64,000 nt of DNA from the NCBI GenBank assembly GCA_041394245.1, contig JAWKIR010000004.1, forward strand, positions 2,797 through 66,796, written 5' to 3'. This DNA is from Acidimicrobiales bacterium (GTDB lineage: Bacteria; Actinomycetota; Acidimicrobiia; Acidimicrobiales; Aldehydirespiratoraceae). The position numbers and the translations under genes are program-made. The stretch's first letter is position 1. Each line of letters starts with the position of its first letter. Positions 1-9,017 of the stretch are shown in pieces. Under the pieces are notes generated by a model. The model was not told where the DNA came from. It did not search any database and was given only the letters and a program-made list of their open reading frames with translations.

Positions 1-1
1 C

Positions 2-376
2 TCCCGCCAGGGCTACCTGTTCAACACGCTCGGCACCGGTCACGGTGCCGCGTGCCTGGCCGGCGAGGACGCACTCGCCCCGCTCTTCCTGGCGTTGTCC
101 GAGGCCGTCGGCGCGATCGAATCCGGCGACACCGACCCGACGATGGCCACCATCGACGTGTCGACGCCGGAGCCACCTGGCGACGCGTCCGGTGCGATCC
201 GCGACGCATGGAAGCGGTTGACGCGGCAGGTCGACGCGGCGAACGCCATCATCGCCGGTTCCGGCTCCGATGCCCTTTGGGACGAGTGGCGCATCCAGAC
301 CCGCGAGGCGCTCGACTCGGTCGTGCGACGCTCGGTCGAGCTCCGCCTCGTCGCCTCGGTCATCGACGACGACTAG
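2..376 (+). CDS. hypothetical protein, C-terminal part (5' end lies upstream of the window)
   Basis: Frame 2 is open from base 2 (SRQGYLFNTLGTGHGAACLAGE...) and continues into the listed 95..376 ORF. GC3-rich. No family recognised. Confidence 0.45.
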   Translation, partial: SRQGYLFNTLGTGHGAACLAGEDALAPLFLALSEAVGAIESGDTDPTMATIDVSTPEPPGDASGAIRDAWKRLTRQVDAANAIIAGSGSDALWDEWRIQTREALDSVVRRSVELRLVASVIDDD

Positions 377-440
377 GGACCACGCGTGGGCCCACTCGAT
401 CGGGGTGACGGCGGCGCATCGTCGCGCTGGGCGCCGCGGG

Positions 441-1373
441 TCAGGCGGTCTCGAAGCTCCCCAGCCCGTAGTCGCCGGCGATTGTCGTGCGGTGCATGCA
501 GCGGGGATGCTCGGGCGGCATGCCCGATACCGAGTGCAGCACCCGCCAGTTGTCCCAGATCACCATGTCGGTCGGCTCCCACTCGTGGAAGTAGCTGAGA
601 TCGCGGGCGGCGGCGACGATCTCGTCGCACACCTCGTGCAGGAGCGCGGCACCGTCGGCCGGGGAACGCCCGGCGATGCCCTTCGCCATCCACGGGGAGA
701 CGTGGAGCACCTTCTCGCCGGACGCCCGGGTCCACACGGCGGGATGCAGGGCCAGCGGCCGATCGGCGTATTCGTCCATCACGTTCTGGGCCTGGGCCGC
801 CGGTCGGACCTCCTCGAACCCGTCGGGTCGTCCGAACTCGAGGTTGTCGAGGATGACGTCCATCGCATAGCGGACCGTCTCGCCCTCGATCCGGTCGCGC
901 ACCTCGGGCGAAATGGCGTCGTACAGGGCGATGCCGTCGACGAAGCCGGTGCGACCCCCCTCCGGCGGGATCTCGACGGCCCGCAGCACGCCGGCCCGGT
1001 TGAGCTCGTTGTTGTAGCAGTGGTCGAAGTGCCACGGCAGCCACTGCGACAGCATCTCGCCGCCCATCCGCACCATGCCGCCCTGCTCGGGGTTGTGGCG
1101 GATCTCGATCACGCCGAGGAGGTCGTCGCCGTCGCCGACCCGGGGAGTGGCCTTGCTCGGGTGGTCCTTGAGTGGCCCGAACACCGTGCTGAGGGCGACC
1201 TGCATCGCCGACGTGGGCTCGACATCCTCGAAGATCAGCACCCCGCGCTCCTCGAAGAGGGCGTTGAGCTCCGCCCGGAGCGCGTCGTCGGCGAGACCTT
1301 CGGGGGTGATGCCACCCACGCGGGCGCCGAGATCGAGGCCCTCGCGGGCCGGCTGGATGCTGAGGGTGGTCAT
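441..1373 (-). CDS. TauD/TfdA-family Fe(II)/2-oxoglutarate-dependent dioxygenase
   Basis: WHFDH...GGRTGFVD...WDNWRVLHS motif pattern. Start set at MTTLSIQ (ATG 1373), which overlaps the upstream stop as ATGA. Confidence 0.85.
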   Translation of the reverse strand: MTTLSIQPAREGLDLGARVGGITPEGLADDALRAELNALFEERGVLIFEDVEPTSAMQVALSTVFGPLKDHPSKATPRVGDGDDLLGVIEIRHNPEQGGMVRMGGEMLSQWLPWHFDHCYNNELNRAGVLRAVEIPPEGGRTGFVDGIALYDAISPEVRDRIEGETVRYAMDVILDNLEFGRPDGFEEVRPAAQAQNVMDEYADRPLALHPAVWTRASGEKVLHVSPWMAKGIAGRSPADGAALLHEVCDEIVAAARDLSYFHEWEPTDMVIWDNWRVLHSVSGMPPEHPRCMHRTTIAGDYGLGSFETA

Positions 1374-2239
1374 GATCCTGCTCCGATCGTGCGGTCCGAC
1401 CATTCGATGAGCTGCGGCACGAGGAGCGGCCAGCGCACGAAGAGCGAGCCGGTCTCCTCCACCGCGGCACGGCGTTCGTTCCATTCCTCGTCGCCCCACG
1501 GCGGTTCGGCGAGTTCAGCGCCGGGGAGTCCGACGGCCAGCGCCTCCGATGTCGCCCGGGTGTGCGACATGTCCGATGCCCCGCTGCGGAACACGAGGAT
1601 CGGTGCGGCCAGGGCGGCGACGTCGTCATCGGACAGACCGGGGACGAGCGTGTCCTCGCACGGGCAGTAGGCGAGCATCCAACGATCGATCACGTCCATG
1701 AACTCCTGGCGATCCATCGCCAGGAACCGGTCCCGGTTGGCCGGGTTCTTCGCGATGACCTCCTGCCACTGGTCGAGCTCGACCACCGCCTCCATGCCGC
1801 CGTGCCACGCGGCATCGGCCGAGGGCATGCAGTAGTAGTTCGCCAGCTGGATCAGGCCCGGTGCGCCGCCGCTGATCCACAGCATCGCGAGGCCGGCGGT
1901 GACATCGGGATTGCGGGCCGCGGCGATGAGCGACACGCGGGCACCGCCGGAGCCACCGACCATCACGGTCGGGCCGAGATCGAGATGGCGCAACAGGGCG
2001 CCCAATGCCTCGGCCTGGACCTCCGACTCCGATGCCCCCCGGAACACGACCGACGATGCCCCGCAGTTGGGCCGGTCCCACGTGAGCACCTGTTTGCCGT
2101 GGTCGACCAGCGTCTGCGCCATCTCCGGAAGGCCGCCGACCTCCTTGGTGAAGCGACCCCCGGGCGTGAGTACCCACGGCTGTCCCTCGCCCACGAGCTC
2201 GTAGGCGATCTCCATCCCGTCCAAGTCCGCGATCGGCAT
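1370..2239 (-). CDS. alpha/beta-fold hydrolase
   Basis: GGSGG nucleophile-elbow-like motif (VMVGGSGGARV) and alpha/beta hydrolase length. ATG 2239 (MPIADLDG) is preceded by AAGGGG. 4-nt overlap with the dioxygenase gene. Confidence 0.8.
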   Translation of the reverse strand: MPIADLDGMEIAYELVGEGQPWVLTPGGRFTKEVGGLPEMAQTLVDHGKQVLTWDRPNCGASSVVFRGASESEVQAEALGALLRHLDLGPTVMVGGSGGARVSLIAAARNPDVTAGLAMLWISGGAPGLIQLANYYCMPSADAAWHGGMEAVVELDQWQEVIAKNPANRDRFLAMDRQEFMDVIDRWMLAYCPCEDTLVPGLSDDDVAALAAPILVFRSGASDMSHTRATSEALAVGLPGAELAEPPWGDEEWNERRAAVEETGSLFVRWPLLVPQLIEWSDRTIGAGS

Positions 2240-2316
2240 GTGACGACCCCTTTCGTCGAAACCCGTTTCTAACACTCGCGTCAGGTCCCGTCACGGCCGA
2301 CCGCGCGGGTGATGGG

Positions 2317-3018
2317 TCAGCCGAGCTCGGCGGACAAGGCCGTGAGAACGTCGGCAGCGACGGCGGCGCCCGCGTCGGCGTCCATCCGTTGCTCGAGCTC
2401 CTCCGCACTGTCCGCGAGGCCACCGGCCGACATGAAGTCGGGTGTGACCATCACCGTGATCAGGTTGGTGCCGTCGTGAGTGATGGCCCGGTAGGAGTTG
2501 GCGGTGGCCTGACCGTCGTCTTGATCGACGAAGCTGCGGAAGTAGATCGCCAGCACGGTTCGTCCGGCGAGCTCGACCGGGCCGATCTCCTCGACGAGGT
2601 CGGGGTTGTCGATGTGGAGACGCGGCAGCAGGCTGCGGGCGTTCTCGCGGCGCTGCTCGTCGATCTCGGCGTTGAGGTCGGTGCAGCTGAACGGGTCGCA
2701 CGCCTGGAAGGTGACCAACGCCGACAGCGCCACCGGCCCGGCGGGGACGTCCTCGAGGTACTGCACGGTCGCGTTGCCGAACTCGGAGACGTTGGGGTTC
2801 TGGAGCGTGTAGCCGTCGACCTCGAGGGTCACGAGCCGTTCGAGGTCGACGTCGGTCCAGGCCGTACCGCCTGCGTCGCTGCCGTCGCTCTCGCCCGCCG
2901 GTTCCCCGGTGTCGATGGTGTCGCCGTCATCGCCGCACGCACCGAGCGCGAAGCCGCCGACGGCGAGCATCGCGACGAGCCAGGTGAACGTGGACTTCTT
3001 CCGCTGCTTGTCTGCCAT
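2317..3018 (-). CDS. secreted lipoprotein, unknown function
   Basis: MADKQRKKSTFTWLVAMLAVGGFALGAC has a signal peptide plus lipobox Cys, followed by an acidic linker. It is the last 233 codons of the composite 630-aa ORF. 65 nt downstream of the GT2-PilZ gene. Confidence 0.7.
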   Translation of the reverse strand: MADKQRKKSTFTWLVAMLAVGGFALGACGDDGDTIDTGEPAGESDGSDAGGTAWTDVDLERLVTLEVDGYTLQNPNVSEFGNATVQYLEDVPAGPVALSALVTFQACDPFSCTDLNAEIDEQRRENARSLLPRLHIDNPDLVEEIGPVELAGRTVLAIYFRSFVDQDDGQATANSYRAITHDGTNLITVMVTPDFMSAGGLADSAEELEQRMDADAGAAVAADVLTALSAELG

Positions 3019-3083
3019 CGCACGAAAGTAGTCCGGACCATGGCGGGTTCGGCCGATGTCACCGGGTGTTCGACGCGGTCCGG

Positions 3084-5177
3084 CTAGCCCGATCGTCGGG
3101 CGTCGGTCGGCTCGAGCTGCTCGGTCTGGCCGAGCTGCTCGGTCTGGTCCAGTGGGCGCGTGCCACGGAGCCGCTCGTAGGGGCACACGATGTAGCAGAA
3201 CTCCACCAGCCGACGCATCACGGTGGGTGAGATGTCGTCGAACACGGTGCCGAGCTGGAACTCGTCGCCTTCGGGTCGGCACAGCACGACCCGGGCCCGG
3301 AGCTCGGCATCGAAGGGCGCACCCATCGCGTCGCACAGTCGGGTGGTGAGGGTCACTTCCGTTCCCGGCTCGATGGCCGCCGCGACGACCACACGGGCGC
3401 CACGCGTGGAGATGTCGAGCAGGCGGCCCGCCGTCGACAGGGGGGCGACGCGCAGCGCGCCGGACTCGATCGTGATGATCTCGGCCGGTTCGTGACACGG
3501 GAAGCGGAACTCGCTTCGTCGCTGGCGTCGCCGCGCCACCAGCCGCAGGGTCCGAGCGACGCGTCGCAGCTCGATGACGGCGAGTACCGGCACGATCGAC
3601 GAGGCGATGCCGGGCAGCGAGGGCAACACGTCCGGTCCGAAGAGCCCGATGATCCGAAGGATCACCCCGAGCGTGAGCGCGCCGGCCACGGCCATGACGA
3701 CCTTGAGACGACGCAGGTTCGCCAGGCCGGCATCGTCGGTCCCGCTCTTCGGCGTCACCTTGAAGGCGGTCTTCGCCGGCCTGACCGCGCAGCGCAGCGC
3801 CCGGCCGTAGACCTCGGCCGTGCAGAGCTCGAAGTGGGTCGAGTCGGCGATCTTCATGAACCCCCGGGAGAGCGCGGACGCGGCCAACAGGGACAGCACG
3901 ACCGAGGGGAACCAGAACACGGCTAGCGGCAGCAACGATGCCCGCAGCGGGAGCGCCCCCGTCCACAGTGTGCCGACCAGGATCAGCAGCGACAGCACCC
4001 GGACCGGACCGGCGGCATACGACGTGAGCGACGCGAAGAACGACAGCCGCTGCTTGGCGGTGAGCTCCGACGCCCGCAGCGGCGACTCCGGGGTCGTGAA
4101 CACGGCGAGGTTGCCGCGGGCCCAGCGATCGCGCTGCAGCAGGTAGCCGTCGAGGTCGTGCGGGCCGAGCCCCTGCACGAGCACCTCGTTGTGGTACTTC
4201 GTCGTCCAACCCTTGCGGTGCATCTTGATCGTCGTGTGGAAGTCCTCCGCGATGGTCTCGACCGCCACGCCCCCCACCTCGACCAGCGCCTCACGGCGGA
4301 TCAGTGTGGCCGATCCGCACCAGAACGCTGCGCCGTGGCGGTCCTTGCCCGGGCAGATGACGTCGTAGAAGATCGATTGTTCGTGACGCCCCACGGCGTA
4401 GTGCTGGGCCGAGTCCTGGTTGTAGAAGTCGTGCGGGGTCTGCACGAGCGCCAGGTTCGGATCGTCCATGTAGCCGACGACGGCGCTGAGCGCGTCGGGC
4501 ATCGGGACGTGATCGGCATCGAGGATGAACAGCAACTCGCTGCCGGTGCAGCCCAGCGCATGGTTGATGTTGCCGGCCTTGGCGTGGCTGTTGTCGGGGC
4601 GGGTGAGCCAGATCGCACCCATCTCCTCGGCGAGCTGTTGCATCTCGGGGCGACGCCCGTCGTCGAGCAGGTACGTCGTGTGTGGGTAGTCGAGGGCGGC
4701 GCAGCCGGCGAGTGTGGTGCGCAGCAAGTCGACACTCTCGTCGTAGGTGCACACGAGCACGTCGACCGAATGATCCGCCGACACCGGCGGCCGGATGCAT
4801 GCCGGGCGTTCCCACCCGAAGAACGTCAGGGTGAACAGCGACCAGAACCCGAACATCTCGGCGACGAGAAGGGGAAGCCACAACCACCACACGGTGCCCT
4901 CGCCGCTCCAGCCGACCCGCCAGGTCAGGTACACCGCCGTCCACAGCAGTGCCCCGACCGCGACGGCCTTGATCGCCCGCGGGTGATCGCACCACCAGGC
5001 CCCGAGACGGGTCTGTGTCGGGCCGGGATGGGTCTGAGGTTCGCTCGCGTTGTAGCGCTCCGGCGCGCCCAGCACGCGGTCCACCACGTCGAACGGACGC
5101 GGCATCCGGCGGCGCCGAGGCGCAAAGGGCGGTCCGTCCGCAGGCGCGTCGAGAACGTTCGTCACGGGGGGAAGCAT
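3084..5177 (-). CDS. cellulose-synthase-like family-2 glycosyltransferase with C-terminal PilZ (c-di-GMP-binding) domain
   Basis: GT2 processive-synthase motifs LLDDGRR, ILDADHV, TIAEDFHT and LLQRDRWARG (QxxRW). Multiple TM helices. PilZ motifs RRRQRR (RxxxR) and DISTRG (DxSxxG). Confidence 0.85.
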   Translation of the reverse strand: MLPPVTNVLDAPADGPPFAPRRRRMPRPFDVVDRVLGAPERYNASEPQTHPGPTQTRLGAWWCDHPRAIKAVAVGALLWTAVYLTWRVGWSGEGTVWWLWLPLLVAEMFGFWSLFTLTFFGWERPACIRPPVSADHSVDVLVCTYDESVDLLRTTLAGCAALDYPHTTYLLDDGRRPEMQQLAEEMGAIWLTRPDNSHAKAGNINHALGCTGSELLFILDADHVPMPDALSAVVGYMDDPNLALVQTPHDFYNQDSAQHYAVGRHEQSIFYDVICPGKDRHGAAFWCGSATLIRREALVEVGGVAVETIAEDFHTTIKMHRKGWTTKYHNEVLVQGLGPHDLDGYLLQRDRWARGNLAVFTTPESPLRASELTAKQRLSFFASLTSYAAGPVRVLSLLILVGTLWTGALPLRASLLPLAVFWFPSVVLSLLAASALSRGFMKIADSTHFELCTAEVYGRALRCAVRPAKTAFKVTPKSGTDDAGLANLRRLKVVMAVAGALTLGVILRIIGLFGPDVLPSLPGIASSIVPVLAVIELRRVARTLRLVARRRQRRSEFRFPCHEPAEIITIESGALRVAPLSTAGRLLDISTRGARVVVAAAIEPGTEVTLTTRLCDAMGAPFDAELRARVVLCRPEGDEFQLGTVFDDISPTVMRRLVEFCYIVCPYERLRGTRPLDQTEQLGQTEQLEPTDARRSG
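3113..3148. repeat. 18-bp tandem duplication (2 copies, 1 mismatch) in the 3' tail of the GT2-PilZ gene
   Basis: cgagctgctcggtctggc / cgagctgctcggtctggt. In frame, it encodes QTEQLG-QTEQLE. Confidence 0.9.
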
Positions 5178-5261
5178 CGGCAGCCCGACCGCGAATACGA
5201 CAGCGCGGCCCGGGGCTGTCGGTCGCGGTAGCGTGGCGATCGCGGACGAGGGGAGTCAGCC

Positions 5262-5801
5262 ATGGGGATACGGCGGGTCGTGACCGGCCACGACGACAAG
5301 GGCGCGGCGGTCTTCGCGAGCGATGAGATCGTCGAACCCATCACCTCGGACCTCGTGCCGGGGATGGAGTTCTTCCGGCTGTGGGGCAGCGACGAGACCT
5401 GCCGCTTCCCTGACGACGGCTCGCCGCCCTCGGCGGTGCAGTACTTCCCGCCGGTCGGTGGCTTCCGTTTCGGCCTGTTCAACGTGCCGCCCGACGCGAC
5501 GGCGATGCTCGCGGATCTCGATCTCGGGGCCGCCTTCGCCGAGGCCGAGGTCAAGTTGCCGGGTCTGCTCGAGCACATGGAGCCCGACAACCCGGGCATG
5601 CACACCACGGCGACGGTGGACTACGAGTTCGTCGTCTCGGGCCGTGTCATCCTCGAGCTCGACGACGGGGCGACCCGCGAGCTCGGCCCCGGCGACACCG
5701 TGGTGCAGAACGGCACCCGCCACGCGTGGCGCAACCCGTTCGACGAGCCCTGTGTACTCGTGGTCGTGCTCATCGGCGCACACCACGACGCGACGGGCTG
5801 A
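5262..5801 (+). CDS. cupin-domain protein
   Basis: About 180 aa. C-terminal GDTVVQNGTRHAWRN beta-barrel motif pattern. ATG preceded by GAGGGGAG. Confidence 0.7.
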   Translation: MGIRRVVTGHDDKGAAVFASDEIVEPITSDLVPGMEFFRLWGSDETCRFPDDGSPPSAVQYFPPVGGFRFGLFNVPPDATAMLADLDLGAAFAEAEVKLPGLLEHMEPDNPGMHTTATVDYEFVVSGRVILELDDGATRELGPGDTVVQNGTRHAWRNPFDEPCVLVVVLIGAHHDATG

Positions 5802-5823
5802 CCCGAGCACCTAACGTCGACGC

Positions 5824-7149
5824 ATGGACTTCGACATCCCCGCCGACATCGAGGATCTCCTGCGCCGGCTCGACGAGTTCATCGCCGACGAGATCACGCC
5901 GCTCGAACGGGAGAACGACAACATCCGGTTCTTCGATCATCGTCGGGAGGACAGCCGCACCGACTGGGACCGCGACGGCTGGCCCAACGCCGAGTGGGAG
6001 GCGCTGCTCGGCGAGATGCGGCGGCGGGCCGATGCCGCCGGGTTCCTGCGCTACCACCTGCCCGAGCGCTTCGGCGGCCAGGACGGCACGAACCTGGCCA
6101 TGGCGATCATCCGTGAACACCTCGCCGCCAAGGGCCTCGGTCTCCACAACGACCTCCAGAACGAGGCGTCGATCGTCGGCAACTTCCCGACGGTGCTGAT
6201 GATGGAGAAGTACGGCTCACCGGCGCAGCAGGAGTACTGGATTCCCCGGATGCTGGCGGGTGAGGCCCGCATCGGGTTCGGACTCACCGAACCGATGTAC
6301 GGCACCGATGCCACGCGGATGGAGACGACCGCCCATCGCGACGGCGACGAGTGGGTCATCAACGGCGCGAAGCGCTGGAACACCGGCCTCCATTCGGCCA
6401 CCCACGACTACATCTTCGCCCGCACCTCGGGGGAGCCCGGCGAGGCCGGCGGCATCTCGAACTTCATCGTCCCGGTCGACACGCCGGGCTTCAACGTCGA
6501 GTTCATGTGGTGGACCTACAACATGCCGACCGACCACGCCGAGGTGACCCTGACCGACGTGCGGGTGAGCGATGCCGACATGCTCGGACCCGAGGGCCAC
6601 GGCCTGGCCACCGCCCAGCTCTTCGTGCACGAGAACCGCATCCGCCAGGCCGCCTCCAGCCTCGGCGCCGCCCAGTACTGCATCAACGAGGCGGTCAAGT
6701 ACTCGCGCGAGCGCATCATCCACGAGAAGCCGCTGTCGGCCAACCAGGCGATCCAGTTCCCGCTCGTCGAGCTCCACACCGAAGCGGCCATGCTGCGTGA
6801 GCTCATCCGCAAGACGGCGTGGCAGATGGACCAGCTCGACGACGCAACGGAGATCTCCGACCGCGTCGCCATGTGCAACTACCGGGCCAACCGACTCGTC
6901 GGCGAGGCCGCCGACAAGGCGATCCAGGTCCACGGCGGGATCGGCTACAGCCGTCACCTGCCCTTCGAGCACATCTTCCGTCACCACCGCCGGTACCGGA
7001 TCACCGAGGGCTCCGAGGAGATGCAGATGCGCCGGGTGGGGCAGTACCTGTTCGGTTTCGGGGGCGACCGCTCGATGTTCGACACCCCGTCGTTCGCGAG
7101 CCGGTTCAATCGGGTGCAACGAGGTGCGCCCGCCAGCTGGCTCGACTGA
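5824..7149 (+). CDS. acyl-CoA dehydrogenase family protein
   Basis: GLTEPMYGTDA, WNTG and the C-terminal QVHGGIGY...RITEGSEEMQ signature pattern of ACADs. Confidence 0.9.
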   Translation: MDFDIPADIEDLLRRLDEFIADEITPLERENDNIRFFDHRREDSRTDWDRDGWPNAEWEALLGEMRRRADAAGFLRYHLPERFGGQDGTNLAMAIIREHLAAKGLGLHNDLQNEASIVGNFPTVLMMEKYGSPAQQEYWIPRMLAGEARIGFGLTEPMYGTDATRMETTAHRDGDEWVINGAKRWNTGLHSATHDYIFARTSGEPGEAGGISNFIVPVDTPGFNVEFMWWTYNMPTDHAEVTLTDVRVSDADMLGPEGHGLATAQLFVHENRIRQAASSLGAAQYCINEAVKYSRERIIHEKPLSANQAIQFPLVELHTEAAMLRELIRKTAWQMDQLDDATEISDRVAMCNYRANRLVGEAADKAIQVHGGIGYSRHLPFEHIFRHHRRYRITEGSEEMQMRRVGQYLFGFGGDRSMFDTPSFASRFNRVQRGAPASWLD

Positions 7150-7188
7150 CGGCCCACGGGGCGGGGGCCCCGGGCCTACGCTCGGGGC

Positions 7189-9006
7189 GTGGTCTCCGGT
7201 CGCCGCCTTCCGATCCTCATCCTGGCCATCCTCGCCGTGCTCCTTGCCGAGCTGCCCGTTGCCGCCCAGGTCGCCGCGCCCGCCGGGCTCTCTGTGTTGG
7301 TCACCGATCTCTCGGGTGGGCCGCTCCCTGGGGTGACGGTGGAGGCGGGAGCCGTCACGGCGACCACCGATCCGGCCGGTCGGGCGCACCTGGCGGGCGT
7401 CGGTGCCGGCGTCGTCACGGTCACCCACCCCGCGGCGGGGTCCCGATCCGTGGATTGGGACGGCACCGGGGATCGGCTCCGGATCCCGCTCGGGCGTTCC
7501 ACGCTGCGGGCGCTCCACATCCCGGGCTCGTTTCCGACCCGCAGTGAGTGGGCCGATCTTCTCGCGCTGGCTGATCGCACCGCGCTCAACGCGGTGATGC
7601 TGGACCTGAAGGACGAGAGCGGCCTGGTGCACGCGGCCTGGAGCGGATCCGCGCCTGCGCCACCCGGGCTCGGTTCCTGGGACCTCGACGCGGTCGTCGA
7701 CGAGGTCCACGCCCGCGGTCTCGCCGTCATCGTCCGTGTCGTCGCCTTCCAGGATCCCCGGCTCGCCGGTCTCGCACCGTCGTCGGCCGTCTTCGACAGT
7801 CGGACCGGTGGACCGTTCACCCGAGGGGGGCAGGTGTTCCTCGACCCCACCGATCCGGTACCCCGCCGCTACGTGCGTGAGCTGGCCGAAGCTGCGTGCG
7901 CGGCCGGTGTCGACGAGGTCCAGCTCGACTACATCCGATTCCCCGACGGGCTGCGGCCGGAGCTGCGGTTCGACGGCGTCGATGCCACCGACGAGGCCCA
8001 GCGGGTCGCGACGATCACCGACTACGTCGCCGAGTTGCGGTCGGGGCTTCCCGCCGGTTGTGCGTTGTCCGCCGACGTCTTCGGTTTCGTCACCTCGATC
8101 GCCGGTGACGGGGGTATCGGACAGGATCTCGACGTGCTGGCGGGCGCACTCGATGTGCTGTCGCCGATGGTCTACCCGAACCACTGGGGTCGGGGATGGT
8201 TCGGCTTCGCGGTCCCGGCCAACCATCCGGGCGAAGTGGTGACCGCGTCGATGTCCAACGCACGCGACCGCCTCGGCGATCGGGTCGGGCTTCGCCCGTG
8301 GCTTCAGGACTTCGGCGGCTACGGCCCTGGTGAGGTCCGGGCCCAGATCGATGCCGCCGATCGTCTCGGCATGGGATGGATGCTGTGGAACGCCAGTGGC
8401 CGCTATACGACCGCCGCGCTGCCCACCGACGCCGAGATGCGCACGCCGGCCGACCCGCCCGCGGCCCGAGTCCAGTGGCTCCCGCGGTCGGGCTTCTGGG
8501 ACGTCACGGCAGGCCACACCTTCGCCGCCGACGTCGAATGGACGGGGTCCGAGACCATCACGCGGGGCTGCAACCCGCCGTGGCGCGACGAGTACTGCCC
8601 CGAGCGTCCGGTCACCCGGGGTGAAGCGGCGACGTTCTTGGCCCGAGCGCTCGACCTCCCGCCCGGGCCCGACCGGTTCGCCGACGACGACGGCACGACC
8701 CACGAAGCATCGATCGACGCACTCGCCGCGGCCGGGATCACCCGCGGCTGCGGCCCGGATCGTTACTGCCCCCACGACTGGCTCACCCGAGCCCAGATGG
8801 CATCCCTACTAGCGCGGGCCCTCCAACTGCCCGTGGCAACGGGGGACACCTTCCGCGACGACGACGGCTCCACTCACGAGGCCGACATCGAGCGCATCGC
8901 GGCCCCGGGGATCACGCGTGGCTGCGGTCCGGGGCGCTTCTGCCCGCTCGAACCAGTGACCAGAGGGCAGATGGCGGCGTTCCTGCACCGGGCCCTGGGC
9001 GATTGA
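7189..9006 (+). CDS. secreted glycoside-hydrolase-like TIM-barrel protein (DUF4015-like) with three C-terminal SLH-like repeats
   Basis: GTG start and signal peptide (LAILAVLLAELPVAAQVAA). LDLKDESG...VQLDYIRFPDG...SPMVYPNHW pattern. Three ~55-aa repeats at 8494-9003 (F.D.....H...I..L...GITRGC.....CP....TRG..A.FL.RAL). Confidence 0.7.
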   Translation: MVSGRRLPILILAILAVLLAELPVAAQVAAPAGLSVLVTDLSGGPLPGVTVEAGAVTATTDPAGRAHLAGVGAGVVTVTHPAAGSRSVDWDGTGDRLRIPLGRSTLRALHIPGSFPTRSEWADLLALADRTALNAVMLDLKDESGLVHAAWSGSAPAPPGLGSWDLDAVVDEVHARGLAVIVRVVAFQDPRLAGLAPSSAVFDSRTGGPFTRGGQVFLDPTDPVPRRYVRELAEAACAAGVDEVQLDYIRFPDGLRPELRFDGVDATDEAQRVATITDYVAELRSGLPAGCALSADVFGFVTSIAGDGGIGQDLDVLAGALDVLSPMVYPNHWGRGWFGFAVPANHPGEVVTASMSNARDRLGDRVGLRPWLQDFGGYGPGEVRAQIDAADRLGMGWMLWNASGRYTTAALPTDAEMRTPADPPAARVQWLPRSGFWDVTAGHTFAADVEWTGSETITRGCNPPWRDEYCPERPVTRGEAATFLARALDLPPGPDRFADDDGTTHEASIDALAAAGITRGCGPDRYCPHDWLTRAQMASLLARALQLPVATGDTFRDDDGSTHEADIERIAAPGITRGCGPGRFCPLEPVTRGQMAAFLHRALGD

Positions 9007-9017
9007 GCGGAGGTGCG

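Noticed and set aside
2317-4209. 630-aa minus-strand ORF treated as one gene
   Set aside because: It is a composite. Only the last 233 codons (the lipoprotein) are credible. The upstream part is an alternative frame of the GT2-PilZ gene.
6217-8775. 852-aa minus-strand ORF
   Set aside because: It is antisense to the well-supported acyl-CoA dehydrogenase and SLH-protein genes. Its composition is low-complexity and Arg/Gly/Pro-rich.
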